24,000 nucleotides of DNA from positions 51,849 through 75,848 of the forward strand of contig NZ_JACJQA010000011.1 of assembly GCF_014696355.1 (NCBI RefSeq). The letters run 5' to 3'. The notes under the pieces were generated by a model that searched no databases, was not told the origin of the DNA, and was given only the letters and a program-made list of their open reading frames with translations. Origin of the DNA: Pseudanabaena sp. FACHB-1998. GTDB taxonomy: Bacteria; Cyanobacteriota; Cyanobacteriia; Pseudanabaenales; Pseudanabaenaceae. Each line of letters starts with the position of its first letter. Position 1 is the stretch's first letter. Positions 1 to 8,839 of this stretch are shown in pieces. A program made the translations under genes and the position numbers.

Positions 1-894
1 CGTCACTTCTTCGCCTAGTCTGCCAAAGGCATTACTGAGAGGTACTAAAAGTGCCAAGATGGTCAAGACAGCCACTAGTAACCTTCCTGCCAAACTGCCA
101 ATTGGACGCAACCAATTTAAAAAACTATAACGACTTAAAAAATTCTGCACAGCAAGACTTTCGCGATCGCTAGATTCCCAAAGCTTCACCCGTTCGCGAA
201 CTTTTTCCGTATCAATATGTAGCGCCAGAAAAACTAACAATGAAGCAAAGGCGATCGCTACTAAGTTAGTCAGAAATAATAAACCACCACCTCTAGCAAT
301 TTGTAATCCCTCGCTCCAATTAAGACTGAAGGCAACACCAATACCAAAACCGACTACACATAAAGGCGGCATCAGGGCTACTGCAATTGATACCCCCGGG
401 ATGGAAGTAACTACACCTTTTACAGGACGGCAAATGGCGATCGCGCCGATCGCGCCCGAAAATAATGCTACCCCTAAGTCCAATGTATTTGGTTGTATCC
501 TTGCCAAAATCTCGCTAGTTGCTTCCTTAAATGGCAGCGTGAAAATTAGTAGTATTGCGAAACTAATGGCGACAGCACAACTCAACGTGAGATTGGCAAT
601 TCCCCTTGCCAACAAAATAAAATCTCCAGCCGCCAAAGCCAAACCAAGAGAAAGAATTGGTCCCATCAAAGGGGAAATTAACATTGCCCCAATAATTACC
701 GCAGGGCTATTTAGCACCAAACCTAATGTCGCAATTCCTGCTGCAAAAATGATTTGCAGCCAGTAGGTTGGATCTCTTAAAGTCGCGGCTTGCGAAATTT
801 CTAGATACACCTCAGTTTTGCGTTGCTCATCCACACCCATTTGAGCGGCAAGGCGATCGCGGGAAACTTGCCAGAGATCAGTATTTTTAGCCAT
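1..894 (-). CDS. DUF389 (TIGR00341-like) multi-pass membrane protein; C-terminal part lies beyond the window edge
   Basis: Missing from the ORF track because it has no stop inside the window. The reverse complement from ATG (894-892) stays open to position 1 (298 codons): MAKNTDLWQVSRDRLAAQMGVDEQRKTEVYLEISQAATLRDPTYWLQIIFAAGIATLGLVLNSPAVIIGAMLISPLMGPILSLGLALAAGDF... The ISPLMGPI motif and serial hydrophobic helices fit DUF389. The start lies 4 nt after the lipA stop. Confidence 0.7.
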   Translation of the reverse strand, partial: MAKNTDLWQVSRDRLAAQMGVDEQRKTEVYLEISQAATLRDPTYWLQIIFAAGIATLGLVLNSPAVIIGAMLISPLMGPILSLGLALAAGDFILLARGIANLTLSCAVAISFAILLIFTLPFKEATSEILARIQPNTLDLGVALFSGAIGAIAICRPVKGVVTSIPGVSIAVALMPPLCVVGFGIGVAFSLNWSEGLQIARGGGLLFLTNLVAIAFASLLVFLALHIDTEKVRERVKLWESSDRESLAVQNFLSRYSFLNWLRPIGSLAGRLLVAVLTILALLVPLSNAFGRLGEEVT

Positions 895-898
895 GCAA

Positions 899-1777
899 TT
901 ATTTCTCAGCCTTTGGATATAACTTCATCAATGCTTGCACTTGTTCTGCATGATAGGAGCTACGGGTTAAAGGAGAAGACACCACTTGCAGAAATCCCAT
1001 CGCTTCCCCTGCAACACGCCATGCCTCAAACTGTTCTGGTGTGACAAACTCATGCAAAGTCAAATGCTTAGCCGAAGGTTGCAAGTATTGACCAATGGTG
1101 ATGATATCGCAATCTACAGATCTCAAATCGCGCATTACTTCCAAAACTTCATCATGAGTCTCGCTCATACCCACCATAATTCCTGATTTGGTATAGACCC
1201 AAGGCGCAATTTCACGGGCGCGGCGTAATAGTTCTAAACTACGCTGATAGTCTCCCTGTGGACGGACACGACGATAGAGCCTTGGCACGGTTTCCGTATT
1301 GTGATTCAGTACATGGGGACGCGCTTCCAGAATTGTTTCTAAAGCTTCCCAATTCGCACAGAGATCGGGAATTAGAAGTTCTATTGTCGTCTGGGGCATC
1401 AATTTGCGGATTTCTTCGATGCAGCGCACAAATTGCGAAGCGCCGCCATCAGGCAAGTCATCACGATTAACGGAAGTAATCACGACATGCTTAAGTTTCA
1501 TCCGTCGCACTGCTTCACCGAGATTAACAGGTTCCATCGGATCGAGAGCTTGCGGCTTCTTTTCAAAATCAATGTCGCAGTAGGGACAAGCACGGGTGCA
1601 AGCGGGCCCCATAATCAAAAATGTGGCAGTACCTTGGTTGAAGCATTCGCCAATATTGGGGCAAGATGCTTCTTCGCATACAGTATTCAGCCCCAAGTCG
1701 CGCAGGACTTCTGTAACATTGCCAATGCGCTCCCATTGAGGGGCTTTTACTCGCAACCAATCTGGTTTGACTGCCAT
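899..1777 (-). CDS. lipA: lipoyl synthase (radical SAM)
   Basis: 292 aa with an ATG start. It has the auxiliary cluster motif [12 protein letters not shown], the radical-SAM motif CTRACPYC, and the [12 protein letters not shown] and C-terminal SSY regions typical of LipA. Confidence 0.95.
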   Translation of the reverse strand: MAVKPDWLRVKAPQWERIGNVTEVLRDLGLNTVCEEASCPNIGECFNQGTATFLIMGPACTRACPYCDIDFEKKPQALDPMEPVNLGEAVRRMKLKHVVITSVNRDDLPDGGASQFVRCIEEIRKLMPQTTIELLIPDLCANWEALETILEARPHVLNHNTETVPRLYRRVRPQGDYQRSLELLRRAREIAPWVYTKSGIMVGMSETHDEVLEVMRDLRSVDCDIITIGQYLQPSAKHLTLHEFVTPEQFEAWRVAGEAMGFLQVVSSPLTRSSYHAEQVQALMKLYPKAEK

Positions 1778-1890
1778 ATTTGTAACTACCTAGATCTAGC
1801 TTTTGCTATTTGTTTCAATTTTTGTAACGTTTTATATTCTAACATTACTAGATATAGCGTTGAGCAATTCGCAACTGAGGAGAATCGCAT

Positions 1891-2916
1891 ATGAAGCTAA
1901 GAATATCGACACTTTGCTTTATTTCAGCTTTTGCTACTTTCTTTACCGCGATCGCCTTTGCCGAAAATACCAATCTGATCTCATCTCCAAAACACGCACA
2001 AAATCGTAGTGAGTTCTCAGGACTATTCGAGAATAAGTATGGATTTGCTTATTACTGGGAGATAGCAACTGGTATATACAAGTCAGATGGTTTGGGAACA
2101 AACCTACCTAAAGGGCTAATTGCTAAAGATCTTGCTCGGCTGCTTGCTCCTAATGAAGATTTAAGCCTTGCAATATTAGTTGGAGCTAAAGCCTTTCCTT
2201 ATCGTTTGAATAGCTATGTTACCATTGTGTGCTTTGCTAAAAATGAATATGAGTACAGGTCGGAAATGACATCTTCCGATAAATCATGTGATAAGAAATC
2301 TTACCGTCGGGATGATGTTGTTTACTTAGGATTAGTAGAATATGACTCCATAGACTCCAAACCTAAATTAATAGCTAATCCATTAAAAATCGAGACAGGT
2401 TGGCATTTTATAAGCCAAAGACAATTTAGAAAGAGCAATGCCAAATTCAGGTTCTTAGACCCTACAAATAACGCTCTCCTACCATATGGCAAGTTTAGAG
2501 AATTTGACTTTGCTCCGTTTCAAATAAGCAATACTCAGACAGCCTTTGGATTGAGAGTTGGAATGTTTCAAGGTTATTCTGGTGGCGGCGGCTATTATGA
2601 AGTTCTTGCTCTTTTTCTGGTTGACAATGGTCAAATCGTTAACATTCTTGCTGAGCCAATATATTTTTGGGAAGATCAGGCAGGAGATTGGAATAAAGAT
2701 GGAACTCGTCAGCATTACCTTTACGAAGGAGAGAATATACTTGTTGTTCTACCTAGTCAGACAGATGGGTATTACGATCTGCAATTAAAAGCACTGGATA
2801 ACGAATGGGAGAGAACTTTTTTGTGGGATGCCTCTCTAAAGCGTTACTTGCCAAGCGATCGCACTGCAACACTCAATCGAGTTCTAGCCGAAACCTTAAA
2901 TTTGAGAGTAGACTGA
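1891..2916 (+). CDS. hypothetical secreted protein (signal peptide, no domain I recognise)
   Basis: 341-aa ORF with a GAGGAG Shine-Dalgarno sequence 7 nt before the ATG. The N-terminus MKLRISTLCFISAFATFFTAIAFA-ENT looks like a Sec signal peptide with an AFA cleavage site. The body is rich in Tyr, Asn and Lys, with a GYSGGGGYYE stretch. Confidence 0.6.
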   Translation: MKLRISTLCFISAFATFFTAIAFAENTNLISSPKHAQNRSEFSGLFENKYGFAYYWEIATGIYKSDGLGTNLPKGLIAKDLARLLAPNEDLSLAILVGAKAFPYRLNSYVTIVCFAKNEYEYRSEMTSSDKSCDKKSYRRDDVVYLGLVEYDSIDSKPKLIANPLKIETGWHFISQRQFRKSNAKFRFLDPTNNALLPYGKFREFDFAPFQISNTQTAFGLRVGMFQGYSGGGGYYEVLALFLVDNGQIVNILAEPIYFWEDQAGDWNKDGTRQHYLYEGENILVVLPSQTDGYYDLQLKALDNEWERTFLWDASLKRYLPSDRTATLNRVLAETLNLRVD

Positions 2917-3104
2917 ACTACTTTTAGAAGTAACACTAATCAGTAAACAAACCCAGTAAGAATTTTTAGCGTATAAAGTGGCTATGTTATTTTGTACTTT
3001 TACATTACTTACTTCTTAAGATAGAAACATTGAAAATCTAGTTTCTGTTAAAGCTTACTGTATAGAATAAAGGCAGGTAATATATTACATAAAGGAGCCT
3101 AGCT

Positions 3105-4139
3105 GTGATCGTAGTAACCAAGATTGGTACACCCGCAGAGGAAGTTGAGCGGATCTGCGACGAACTCTCTAGTTGGGGATTATCACCTGAAAAAATTGTT
3201 GGCAAGCATAAAGTTGTTTTAGGATTAGTGGGCGAAACCGCCGATCTCGATCGCCATCGTATCGAAGAATTAAGCCCTTGGATAGAGACAGTCTTGCGAG
3301 TAGAACGTCCCTTCAAACGCGCTAGTCGAGAATATCGCCAAAATGAATCAAGTGTGGTGATTGTACCTACACCCAATGGTGATGTAGCGATCGGTGAGAA
3401 TTGTCCTCTAGTCGTTGTCGCGGGTCCCTGCTCTGTGGAGAACGAAGAAATGATTGTGGAAACAGCAGTTCGAGTCAAGGCTTCGGGCGCACAATTTCTT
3501 AGAGGCGGAGCCTACAAACCACGTACTTCTCCCTATGCTTTTCAGGGACATGGCGAGAGCGCTCTCTCCTTACTCGCCGCCGCAAGGGAAGCTAGCGGCT
3601 TGGGAATTATCACGGAAGTAATGGATACTGGTGATATCGAGAAGATTGCGGAAGTTGCGGATGTACTGCAAATTGGCGCAAGAAATATGCAGAACTTCTC
3701 TCTATTGAAACAGATAGGGAAACAGAATAAACCGATTTTGCTCAAGCGTGGGTTAGCGGCAACCATTGACGATTGGCTAATGGCCGCCGAATATATTCTT
3801 GCAGAAGGAAATCCCAATGTAATTCTTTGTGAACGCGGTATTCGCACCTTTGATCGCGAATATACGCGCAATACCTTGGATTTAGCAGCCATCCCTGTAC
3901 TCCGCAAGCTCACCCATCTGCCCATCATGATTGATCCCAGTCATGGGACAGGCTGGTCAGATTATGTGCCGTCCATGAGTCTTGCATCGATCGCGGCGGG
4001 GGTAGATTCCTTAATGATCGAAGTGCATCCTAATCCCAAAAAAGCTCTCTCCGATGGACCCCAATCCCTCACCTTTGATGCTTTTGATAAGTTAATGATG
4101 CAGGTCAATCGCATGGCTCAAGTAATGGGTCGAGCCTAG
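3105..4139 (+). CDS. aroF: 3-deoxy-7-phosphoheptulonate (DAHP) synthase, type I-beta, with an N-terminal ferredoxin-like regulatory domain
   Basis: 344 aa. GTG start preceded by AAAGGAG at 3091-3097. Motifs VVAGPCSVE, RGGAYKPRTSPYAFQG, LKRG and IDPSH match the KDO8PS/DAHPS I-beta fold. The ~70-aa N-terminal extension resembles that of the Thermotoga-type enzyme. Confidence 0.9.
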   Translation: MIVVTKIGTPAEEVERICDELSSWGLSPEKIVGKHKVVLGLVGETADLDRHRIEELSPWIETVLRVERPFKRASREYRQNESSVVIVPTPNGDVAIGENCPLVVVAGPCSVENEEMIVETAVRVKASGAQFLRGGAYKPRTSPYAFQGHGESALSLLAAAREASGLGIITEVMDTGDIEKIAEVADVLQIGARNMQNFSLLKQIGKQNKPILLKRGLAATIDDWLMAAEYILAEGNPNVILCERGIRTFDREYTRNTLDLAAIPVLRKLTHLPIMIDPSHGTGWSDYVPSMSLASIAAGVDSLMIEVHPNPKKALSDGPQSLTFDAFDKLMMQVNRMAQVMGRA

Positions 4140-4187
4140 GTGAGAGAGGCTCTTTGTGCCTCTTTTGGCTGATTAGCTGATTAACCG

Positions 4188-4610
4188 ATGAATCAATCTT
4201 TTGTTTACTATCGAACGATTAACTTCCGTGACACTGATGCGGCGGGAGTAGTGTACTTTGCGAATGCGCTATCCTTTTGCCATGAAGCCTATGAAGCTTC
4301 CCTCGCCGCCTCAGGAATTAATCTCAAATCTTTTTTTCGTGGAGAAGCGATCGCTGTGCCGATTACTCAGGCAAGTATTGACTTTTTAAAGCCAATGTTT
4401 TGTGGCGATCGCCTCGCGATTTTCTTAGCGAAAACCTTACTAAGTCCCGAATCTTTTCAGATTGAATATCAATTATTTTTTGAGGGAGAAGATATCCAGA
4501 AAAAGGCGATCGCTATGGCTTTAACTAAACATACCTGTATTGACACCAGCACCAGAAAACGGTGCAAGCTTTCTGATCAACTTTTGCAATGGATTGAATT
4601 TACACAATGA
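4188..4610 (+). CDS. hotdog-fold thioesterase, probably 1,4-dihydroxy-2-naphthoyl-CoA hydrolase (phylloquinone pathway)
   Basis: 140 aa. The motifs RDTDAAGVVYF, CHEAYE and ASIDF resemble the cyanobacterial Slr0204-type DHNA-CoA thioesterase of the 4HBT family. Substrate assignment is by recalled similarity only. Confidence 0.6.
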   Translation: MNQSFVYYRTINFRDTDAAGVVYFANALSFCHEAYEASLAASGINLKSFFRGEAIAVPITQASIDFLKPMFCGDRLAIFLAKTLLSPESFQIEYQLFFEGEDIQKKAIAMALTKHTCIDTSTRKRCKLSDQLLQWIEFTQ

Positions 4611-5230
4611 CGACGATTTTACGGGACTGGAGTTATCAATATCAGTGGTTTTATGACACCGTATCGGCACTCGCTGCCCTGAGTGTGGGTGGTGAGAACC
4701 GATTTCGGAAATTGTTTTTAAAAGATTTGCAAATTAATCCTGATGCAAAAGTTCTTGATCTCTGTTGTGGTGCGGGTCAAGCAACACAGGAACTAGTTCA
4801 GCATTTCTCGGAGGTTACAGGGCTAGATGCTTCACCGATCGCCATAAAACGCGCCCAGCAAAGAGTGCCGCAAGCTAAATATGTGGAAGCCTTTGCTGAA
4901 AAAATGCCCTTTAGCGATCGCAGTTTCGATTTAGTCATTACAAGTACTGCCATGCATGAAATGGAACCTGAACAATTGCAACAAATCATTCAAGAAGTCT
5001 ATCGAGTCTTAAGTCAAAACGGACAATTTATCATCATCGATTTTCATAGCCCTACTAATCCTCTGTTTTGGCTGCCGATCGCCACGTTCCTTTGGCTATT
5101 TGAAACGGAGACAGCATGGCAATTACTCAAAACGGATCTGCATCAGCTTTTACATCAAACAGGCTTTAAGGTGGAGGCTTGCCAACTCTATGCGGGAGGA
5201 AGTTTGCAAGTATTGCGATCGCGCAAATAA
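4607..5230 (+). CDS. class I SAM-dependent methyltransferase (Methyltransf_11-like)
   Basis: 207 aa. SAM-binding motif I is VLDLCCGAGQ, followed by an acidic post-I residue (GLDAS) and the motif YRVLSQNGQFIIIDF. Its start overlaps the upstream stop as ATGA. Confidence 0.8.
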   Translation: MTTILRDWSYQYQWFYDTVSALAALSVGGENRFRKLFLKDLQINPDAKVLDLCCGAGQATQELVQHFSEVTGLDASPIAIKRAQQRVPQAKYVEAFAEKMPFSDRSFDLVITSTAMHEMEPEQLQQIIQEVYRVLSQNGQFIIIDFHSPTNPLFWLPIATFLWLFETETAWQLLKTDLHQLLHQTGFKVEACQLYAGGSLQVLRSRK

Positions 5231-5251
5231 GTGATTTACCCAAACCATAGC

Positions 5252-7840
5252 CTAATTGGTCGCTCTCCTAACGATGACAATTGTTTGATCGCTATGGCGG
5301 GCGATCGCTTCGGGAATATTGCCATGCACTAATTGCTGCAAAAAACTTTCATGGCTAGCACCGAGCATAATTACATCGCTTCTTTCTTGCTCTGCCAAAT
5401 CCACGATGGCATCAGCTACTGATTTTGAGCAAATGGAAATTTGGCGAACCGTAAAACGGAGCGATTGATATAAATTATGGGCGCATTCTTCTAATTGACG
5501 CGGATCATAATCTTCATCATTAGGTGCGAATACTTGACAGAGACAGATCTCTGGATAGGGAGCAAGGGATAGGAGATCGGGCAGGAGCATCAAAGTACTC
5601 GCCGTATTTGCACCGCCTGAAATGGGAATGAGCCAACGATTGAAGGAAATATTTGGCTTTTTAAATTCTTGAGAAAAAGGATTGGATCGATGTAAGCGAT
5701 CGCTGAACTTGACTAGCATTAGATCACAGGTAGCCTGCTTCACGACTTGATTAACAATATTCTCAAATATGCGCTCCGTTGAAGCCTGAGTCCCATGCCA
5801 GCCAATCATTAATAAATCTGTAGGGCGATCGCTGACAACTTCTAAAATTGTCTGCCCGATATCATGGGATATTCTGACTTGAGTATGTAATGATACTTGT
5901 CTATTTGCCGCCGCCGTGCTTGCCTTTTGAAATAGCTCTAGACTCGGATTTAGATCAACTTTTGTCTCCGAGGGGGATAGATGATTAGGAATACAAATCA
6001 CATGAAGACATTCTAATTCATAGTTTCTTTCTGCGGCGATCGCTAAGCCCATTTCTATTAAATAGGAAGCGGTTTGCGGATTACCTAAAGGCAAAATAAT
6101 TCTACCTCTACCTGTTGCCGTGCCACGCGTTTGATAGACCAGATAAGATGGCTTTTTGGGTTGGGAACTGACTCCGCGCAAGCGTTTTGCCTGAGCGCGT
6201 AAAATATCGCTACGGGTGATAATGCCCACCAGTTTATAGCGATCGATTACAGGCAATCGTGAAAGTTTGTAATAGGAAAGCAAATAGAGGACTTGAGAGA
6301 GACTTTCTTCAGGGCTAACGGTGATGGGCTTGTAAGTCATGATTTGATCAATGGATAGATCACCCGCAAGCTGGCGATCTTCAGCTTTTGCTAAATCCAT
6401 TTGAGTAATAATCCCGACGAGATTTCCTTTGGATACCACGGGAAATCCACGATGGCGCGATCGCGCAAAAAATTCAATTGCGTCGTTAATTTGCATCTGT
6501 TCGGGCAGAGTTTCCACTTGACGCTGCATCACATCCCTTGCTCTCAAGCCATCCCATAAGCCTTCTGTAACGACCTCAGGTTGCAGATAAATTCCCTTTA
6601 GTTCCAATAAATGCGTATATAAAGAACCGGGGGCATATTTATCGGCACAGAGATAGGCGATTACGCTCGTAATCATCAGTGGCAAAATGATATTGAAATC
6701 CATCGTGGTTTCAAAAACAATCACAAAGGCAGTGATCGGAACCTTAGCAACTGCACCAAAAAACGCGCCCATTCCTGCTAGTGCGTAAGTTGTTAAATGT
6801 TCATAGCCCAAGAGAAAATGCTCTAAGTTTCCCACTAAAGATCCTAACGCTGCTCCTAAAATCAGACTCGGCACAAATAATCCCCCCGGAGTCTCGGCAC
6901 TACAGGCAATCAGCGTCAACAGGAAGCGCACCACAAAAGTACCCAAATTCACCAGCCAATCGGACTGCCCCATTGCTAAAAATACTTGTAAGCCAGTGCT
7001 GTCGCGGAAGTCGCTCGGCAAGACGGAGATTGCCATACCTGACAAACAACCTGCGATCGCAATCCGTCCTGATAGCCCCATTTTAAAAAAGCGGCGACTC
7101 CATTGGGTGACACTTAAAATTCCATGATTAAAAAGCGCCGCACAACAGCCCACTAGCAAACCAAGTAACATCAAAAAAGGAATCTCTTGGGCAAAAAACT
7201 GAGCTTGAGGTAGTGATTGATTAAGTCCTTGTCCTGTAAAGATTTGCGATACTACTCCACCAATAAAAGATGCGAGAATTGCGGTTCCTAAAGTTAAGCT
7301 GGATACGTCATGGAGTAGTTCTTCGATTACAAATAGCACCCCTGCGATCGGAGCGTTAAAACCTGCGGCTAGCCCTGCGGCGGCTCCTGCGGCAATCAGT
7401 TGGCGTTGATATTCGGGAGAGTTGGGAATCCATTGGCTAACTTGCCCTGCGATCGCAGCACCAATTTGGACGGTGGGTCCTTGCCGACCAAGGGCAAGCC
7501 CAGAGCCAAGCGCCAAGATCGTACTCGCGATTTTGACGATCGCCACTCGCAAATTTAAGGCGATCGGCACATAACCAAGGGCAGCTTTAACTTGAGGAAT
7601 GCCACTGCCTGCCGCCTCTGTGGCAAATTTTTCCACCAAAAAACCCGATAGAAAGCCTCCAGTTAAGCCAATGGCAGGCAAAGCAATCCACGCAGGAATT
7701 TCGTGGGAAATGTGAACGCGCCACCCACCCAGCCAACCAATGCCATATTTAAGCAAAACAGCCGTTAATCCAGATAGTAAGCCGATTAAACAAGCTTCTA
7801 AAATGGCTAGGCGTTTAGGGTTTAACCATTTGTACAGCAA
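5252..7840 (-). CDS. ClC-family chloride channel/antiporter fused to a CBS pair and two universal-stress-protein (USP) domains
   Basis: 862 aa. ClC selectivity motifs are GSGIPQ, GRQGP (GREGP-type) and GGLFVPS. A CBS pair follows (VMQRQVETL..., GIITQMDL, GIITRSDIL), then two USP-like alpha/beta modules. The apparent start is TTG at 7840; an in-frame TAG lies 4 codons upstream, so no ATG is possible. Confidence 0.85.
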   Translation of the reverse strand: MLYKWLNPKRLAILEACLIGLLSGLTAVLLKYGIGWLGGWRVHISHEIPAWIALPAIGLTGGFLSGFLVEKFATEAAGSGIPQVKAALGYVPIALNLRVAIVKIASTILALGSGLALGRQGPTVQIGAAIAGQVSQWIPNSPEYQRQLIAAGAAAGLAAGFNAPIAGVLFVIEELLHDVSSLTLGTAILASFIGGVVSQIFTGQGLNQSLPQAQFFAQEIPFLMLLGLLVGCCAALFNHGILSVTQWSRRFFKMGLSGRIAIAGCLSGMAISVLPSDFRDSTGLQVFLAMGQSDWLVNLGTFVVRFLLTLIACSAETPGGLFVPSLILGAALGSLVGNLEHFLLGYEHLTTYALAGMGAFFGAVAKVPITAFVIVFETTMDFNIILPLMITSVIAYLCADKYAPGSLYTHLLELKGIYLQPEVVTEGLWDGLRARDVMQRQVETLPEQMQINDAIEFFARSRHRGFPVVSKGNLVGIITQMDLAKAEDRQLAGDLSIDQIMTYKPITVSPEESLSQVLYLLSYYKLSRLPVIDRYKLVGIITRSDILRAQAKRLRGVSSQPKKPSYLVYQTRGTATGRGRIILPLGNPQTASYLIEMGLAIAAERNYELECLHVICIPNHLSPSETKVDLNPSLELFQKASTAAANRQVSLHTQVRISHDIGQTILEVVSDRPTDLLMIGWHGTQASTERIFENIVNQVVKQATCDLMLVKFSDRLHRSNPFSQEFKKPNISFNRWLIPISGGANTASTLMLLPDLLSLAPYPEICLCQVFAPNDEDYDPRQLEECAHNLYQSLRFTVRQISICSKSVADAIVDLAEQERSDVIMLGASHESFLQQLVHGNIPEAIARHSDQTIVIVRRATN

Positions 7841-7848
7841 ATTAGTAT

Positions 7849-8586
7849 TTACCTACGTTTGAAATAAGCGCGATAAACTGGCAAACCTTGAGAGATAACG
7901 GAACTTTCGCGTTCGGTGGGGATATGCTCAGGAAAAATCTGATCATCGGCAAAGTTGTCACTCCCCGCGAGATTGAGAAAATTCTCATTAGCATCAAAAT
8001 GTTGGCGCATATCTAGAGCCACATCATAGACATCAGACTGCAAAAACACATCGGCATTGGGAACTAATAGTTCCGCTAAAGTTGCCACTAATTCAGGTTG
8101 AACGGCTCTACGCTTTTGTTGGCGACGCTTAAACCAAGGATCGGGAAATTGAATCGTAACTTCATGTAATGAGCCTTTAGTTAATAGTCCTGCTAGCGAC
8201 ACATTAGCATTGCAAAAAATATAATGTAGATTTTTTAAGCCCAGTTCGTCGCGCACTTCATTACAGCGATCGACTAGTGGCTCCCGAATTTCTAAGCCTA
8301 AAAAGTTCCAATCAGACTTGATTTGCGCCATTTGTAAAATGTAGCGCCCCCGTGCGGAGCCTATATCTAAGCTAAGGGGTTTTGTCCAGTCCCCATAAAT
8401 TTCTGTCCAGATTGGTGGGGCGATCGCCACGCTATATTTTTTGGCAAGGGGATTGACATGTTCGCGCACTCGCGCCCGTCGTGAGACATTTTCATTGCAG
8501 ACATTGACAATGACTTGGGGGGGATTGGGGCGATCGCCTAAAGCTTCGCCTGAGTTAGGGGTTGGGGTTAAAGAATTCTTTTGCAT
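7849..8586 (-). CDS. trmB: tRNA (guanine46-N7)-methyltransferase
   Basis: Motifs REHVNPL, LDIGSARG, FLGLEIR, QFPDPWFKRRQQKRR and FLQSDV are typical of TrmB. I place the start at ATG 8586 (MQKNS...), not the ORF-track start at 8682, because 8587-8682 overlaps a 57-bp palindrome and looks non-coding. GTG at 8469 (giving M-REHVNPL) is another possible start. Confidence 0.85.
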   Translation of the reverse strand: MQKNSLTPTPNSGEALGDRPNPPQVIVNVCNENVSRRARVREHVNPLAKKYSVAIAPPIWTEIYGDWTKPLSLDIGSARGRYILQMAQIKSDWNFLGLEIREPLVDRCNEVRDELGLKNLHYIFCNANVSLAGLLTKGSLHEVTIQFPDPWFKRRQQKRRAVQPELVATLAELLVPNADVFLQSDVYDVALDMRQHFDANENFLNLAGSDNFADDQIFPEHIPTERESSVISQGLPVYRAYFKRR

Positions 8587-8615
8587 AGTCTTTAGAATAA
8601 CCAAAAACAAAGAAT

Positions 8616-8786
8616 CAAAAGATATTTTTGTCGAGCGCTTCGCTCTTACATCTAAGCCAAGATATTTGGGAAAGGGTTGCAAAGCAAACCTTTCCCAAAT
8701 ATCTTGGCTTGCTTGGTAGGGTTTTGGAGTTTTCGTTTTGCCTATAGCAAAATAAAACCCACAATATTCGACAAAAATATCTTTTG
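8616..8786. repeat. 171-bp nested inverted-repeat element: 19-bp perfect outer inverted repeat enclosing a 57-bp palindrome
   Basis: 8616-8634 (caaaagatatttttgtcga) is the exact reverse complement of 8768-8786. Inside it, 8654-8680 pairs with 8684-8710 (27-bp arms, one mismatch, AAA loop). Confidence 0.85.
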
Positions 8787-8839
8787 GTTTTTGATAAACA
8801 CTTTCAATTTTAAGTCTGCGATATATCTAAAGAACTGAC

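Noticed and set aside
401-766. 121-aa plus-strand ORF on the track (MEVTTPFTGRQMAIAPIAPENN...).
   Set aside because: It is a shadow ORF antisense to the DUF389 gene, which reads cleanly on the minus strand from 894 to the window edge. Its composition is low-complexity Ala/Ile/Pro, typical of the reverse frame of a membrane protein.
1433-1450. 13-nt exact match (gcgaagcgccgcc) inside lipA to the right half of the GCGAAGC-apex hairpins at 11082-11094 and 18516-18528.
   Set aside because: No complementary left arm is present. On the coding strand the stretch encodes the conserved LipA segment DGGASQF, so the match is best explained by coding constraint and GC-rich coincidence.
3038-3928. Minus-strand ORFs 3038-3478 and 3542-3928, antisense to aroF.
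   Set aside because: They lie entirely within a confidently identified DAHP synthase gene. Their translations are Ser/Thr/Arg-rich shadow frames with no recognisable motifs.
8587-8682. 32-codon N-terminal extension of trmB implied by the longest ORF (MQPFPKYLGLDVRAKRSTKISFDSLFLVILKT).
   Set aside because: The segment overlaps the 57-bp palindrome and the outer inverted repeat of the 171-bp element, and it does not resemble any TrmB N-terminus I know. The internal ATG at 8586, or the GTG at 8469, is more plausible.
8616-8786. Possibility that the nested hairpin is a 6S RNA, SRP RNA or another known housekeeping RNA.
   Set aside because: I found no conserved SRP or 6S sequence features. Perfect stems of 19 and 22+ bp without bulges look more like DNA-level inverted repeats than those imperfectly paired RNAs. 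The idea is kept only as an unclassified repeat or structured element.
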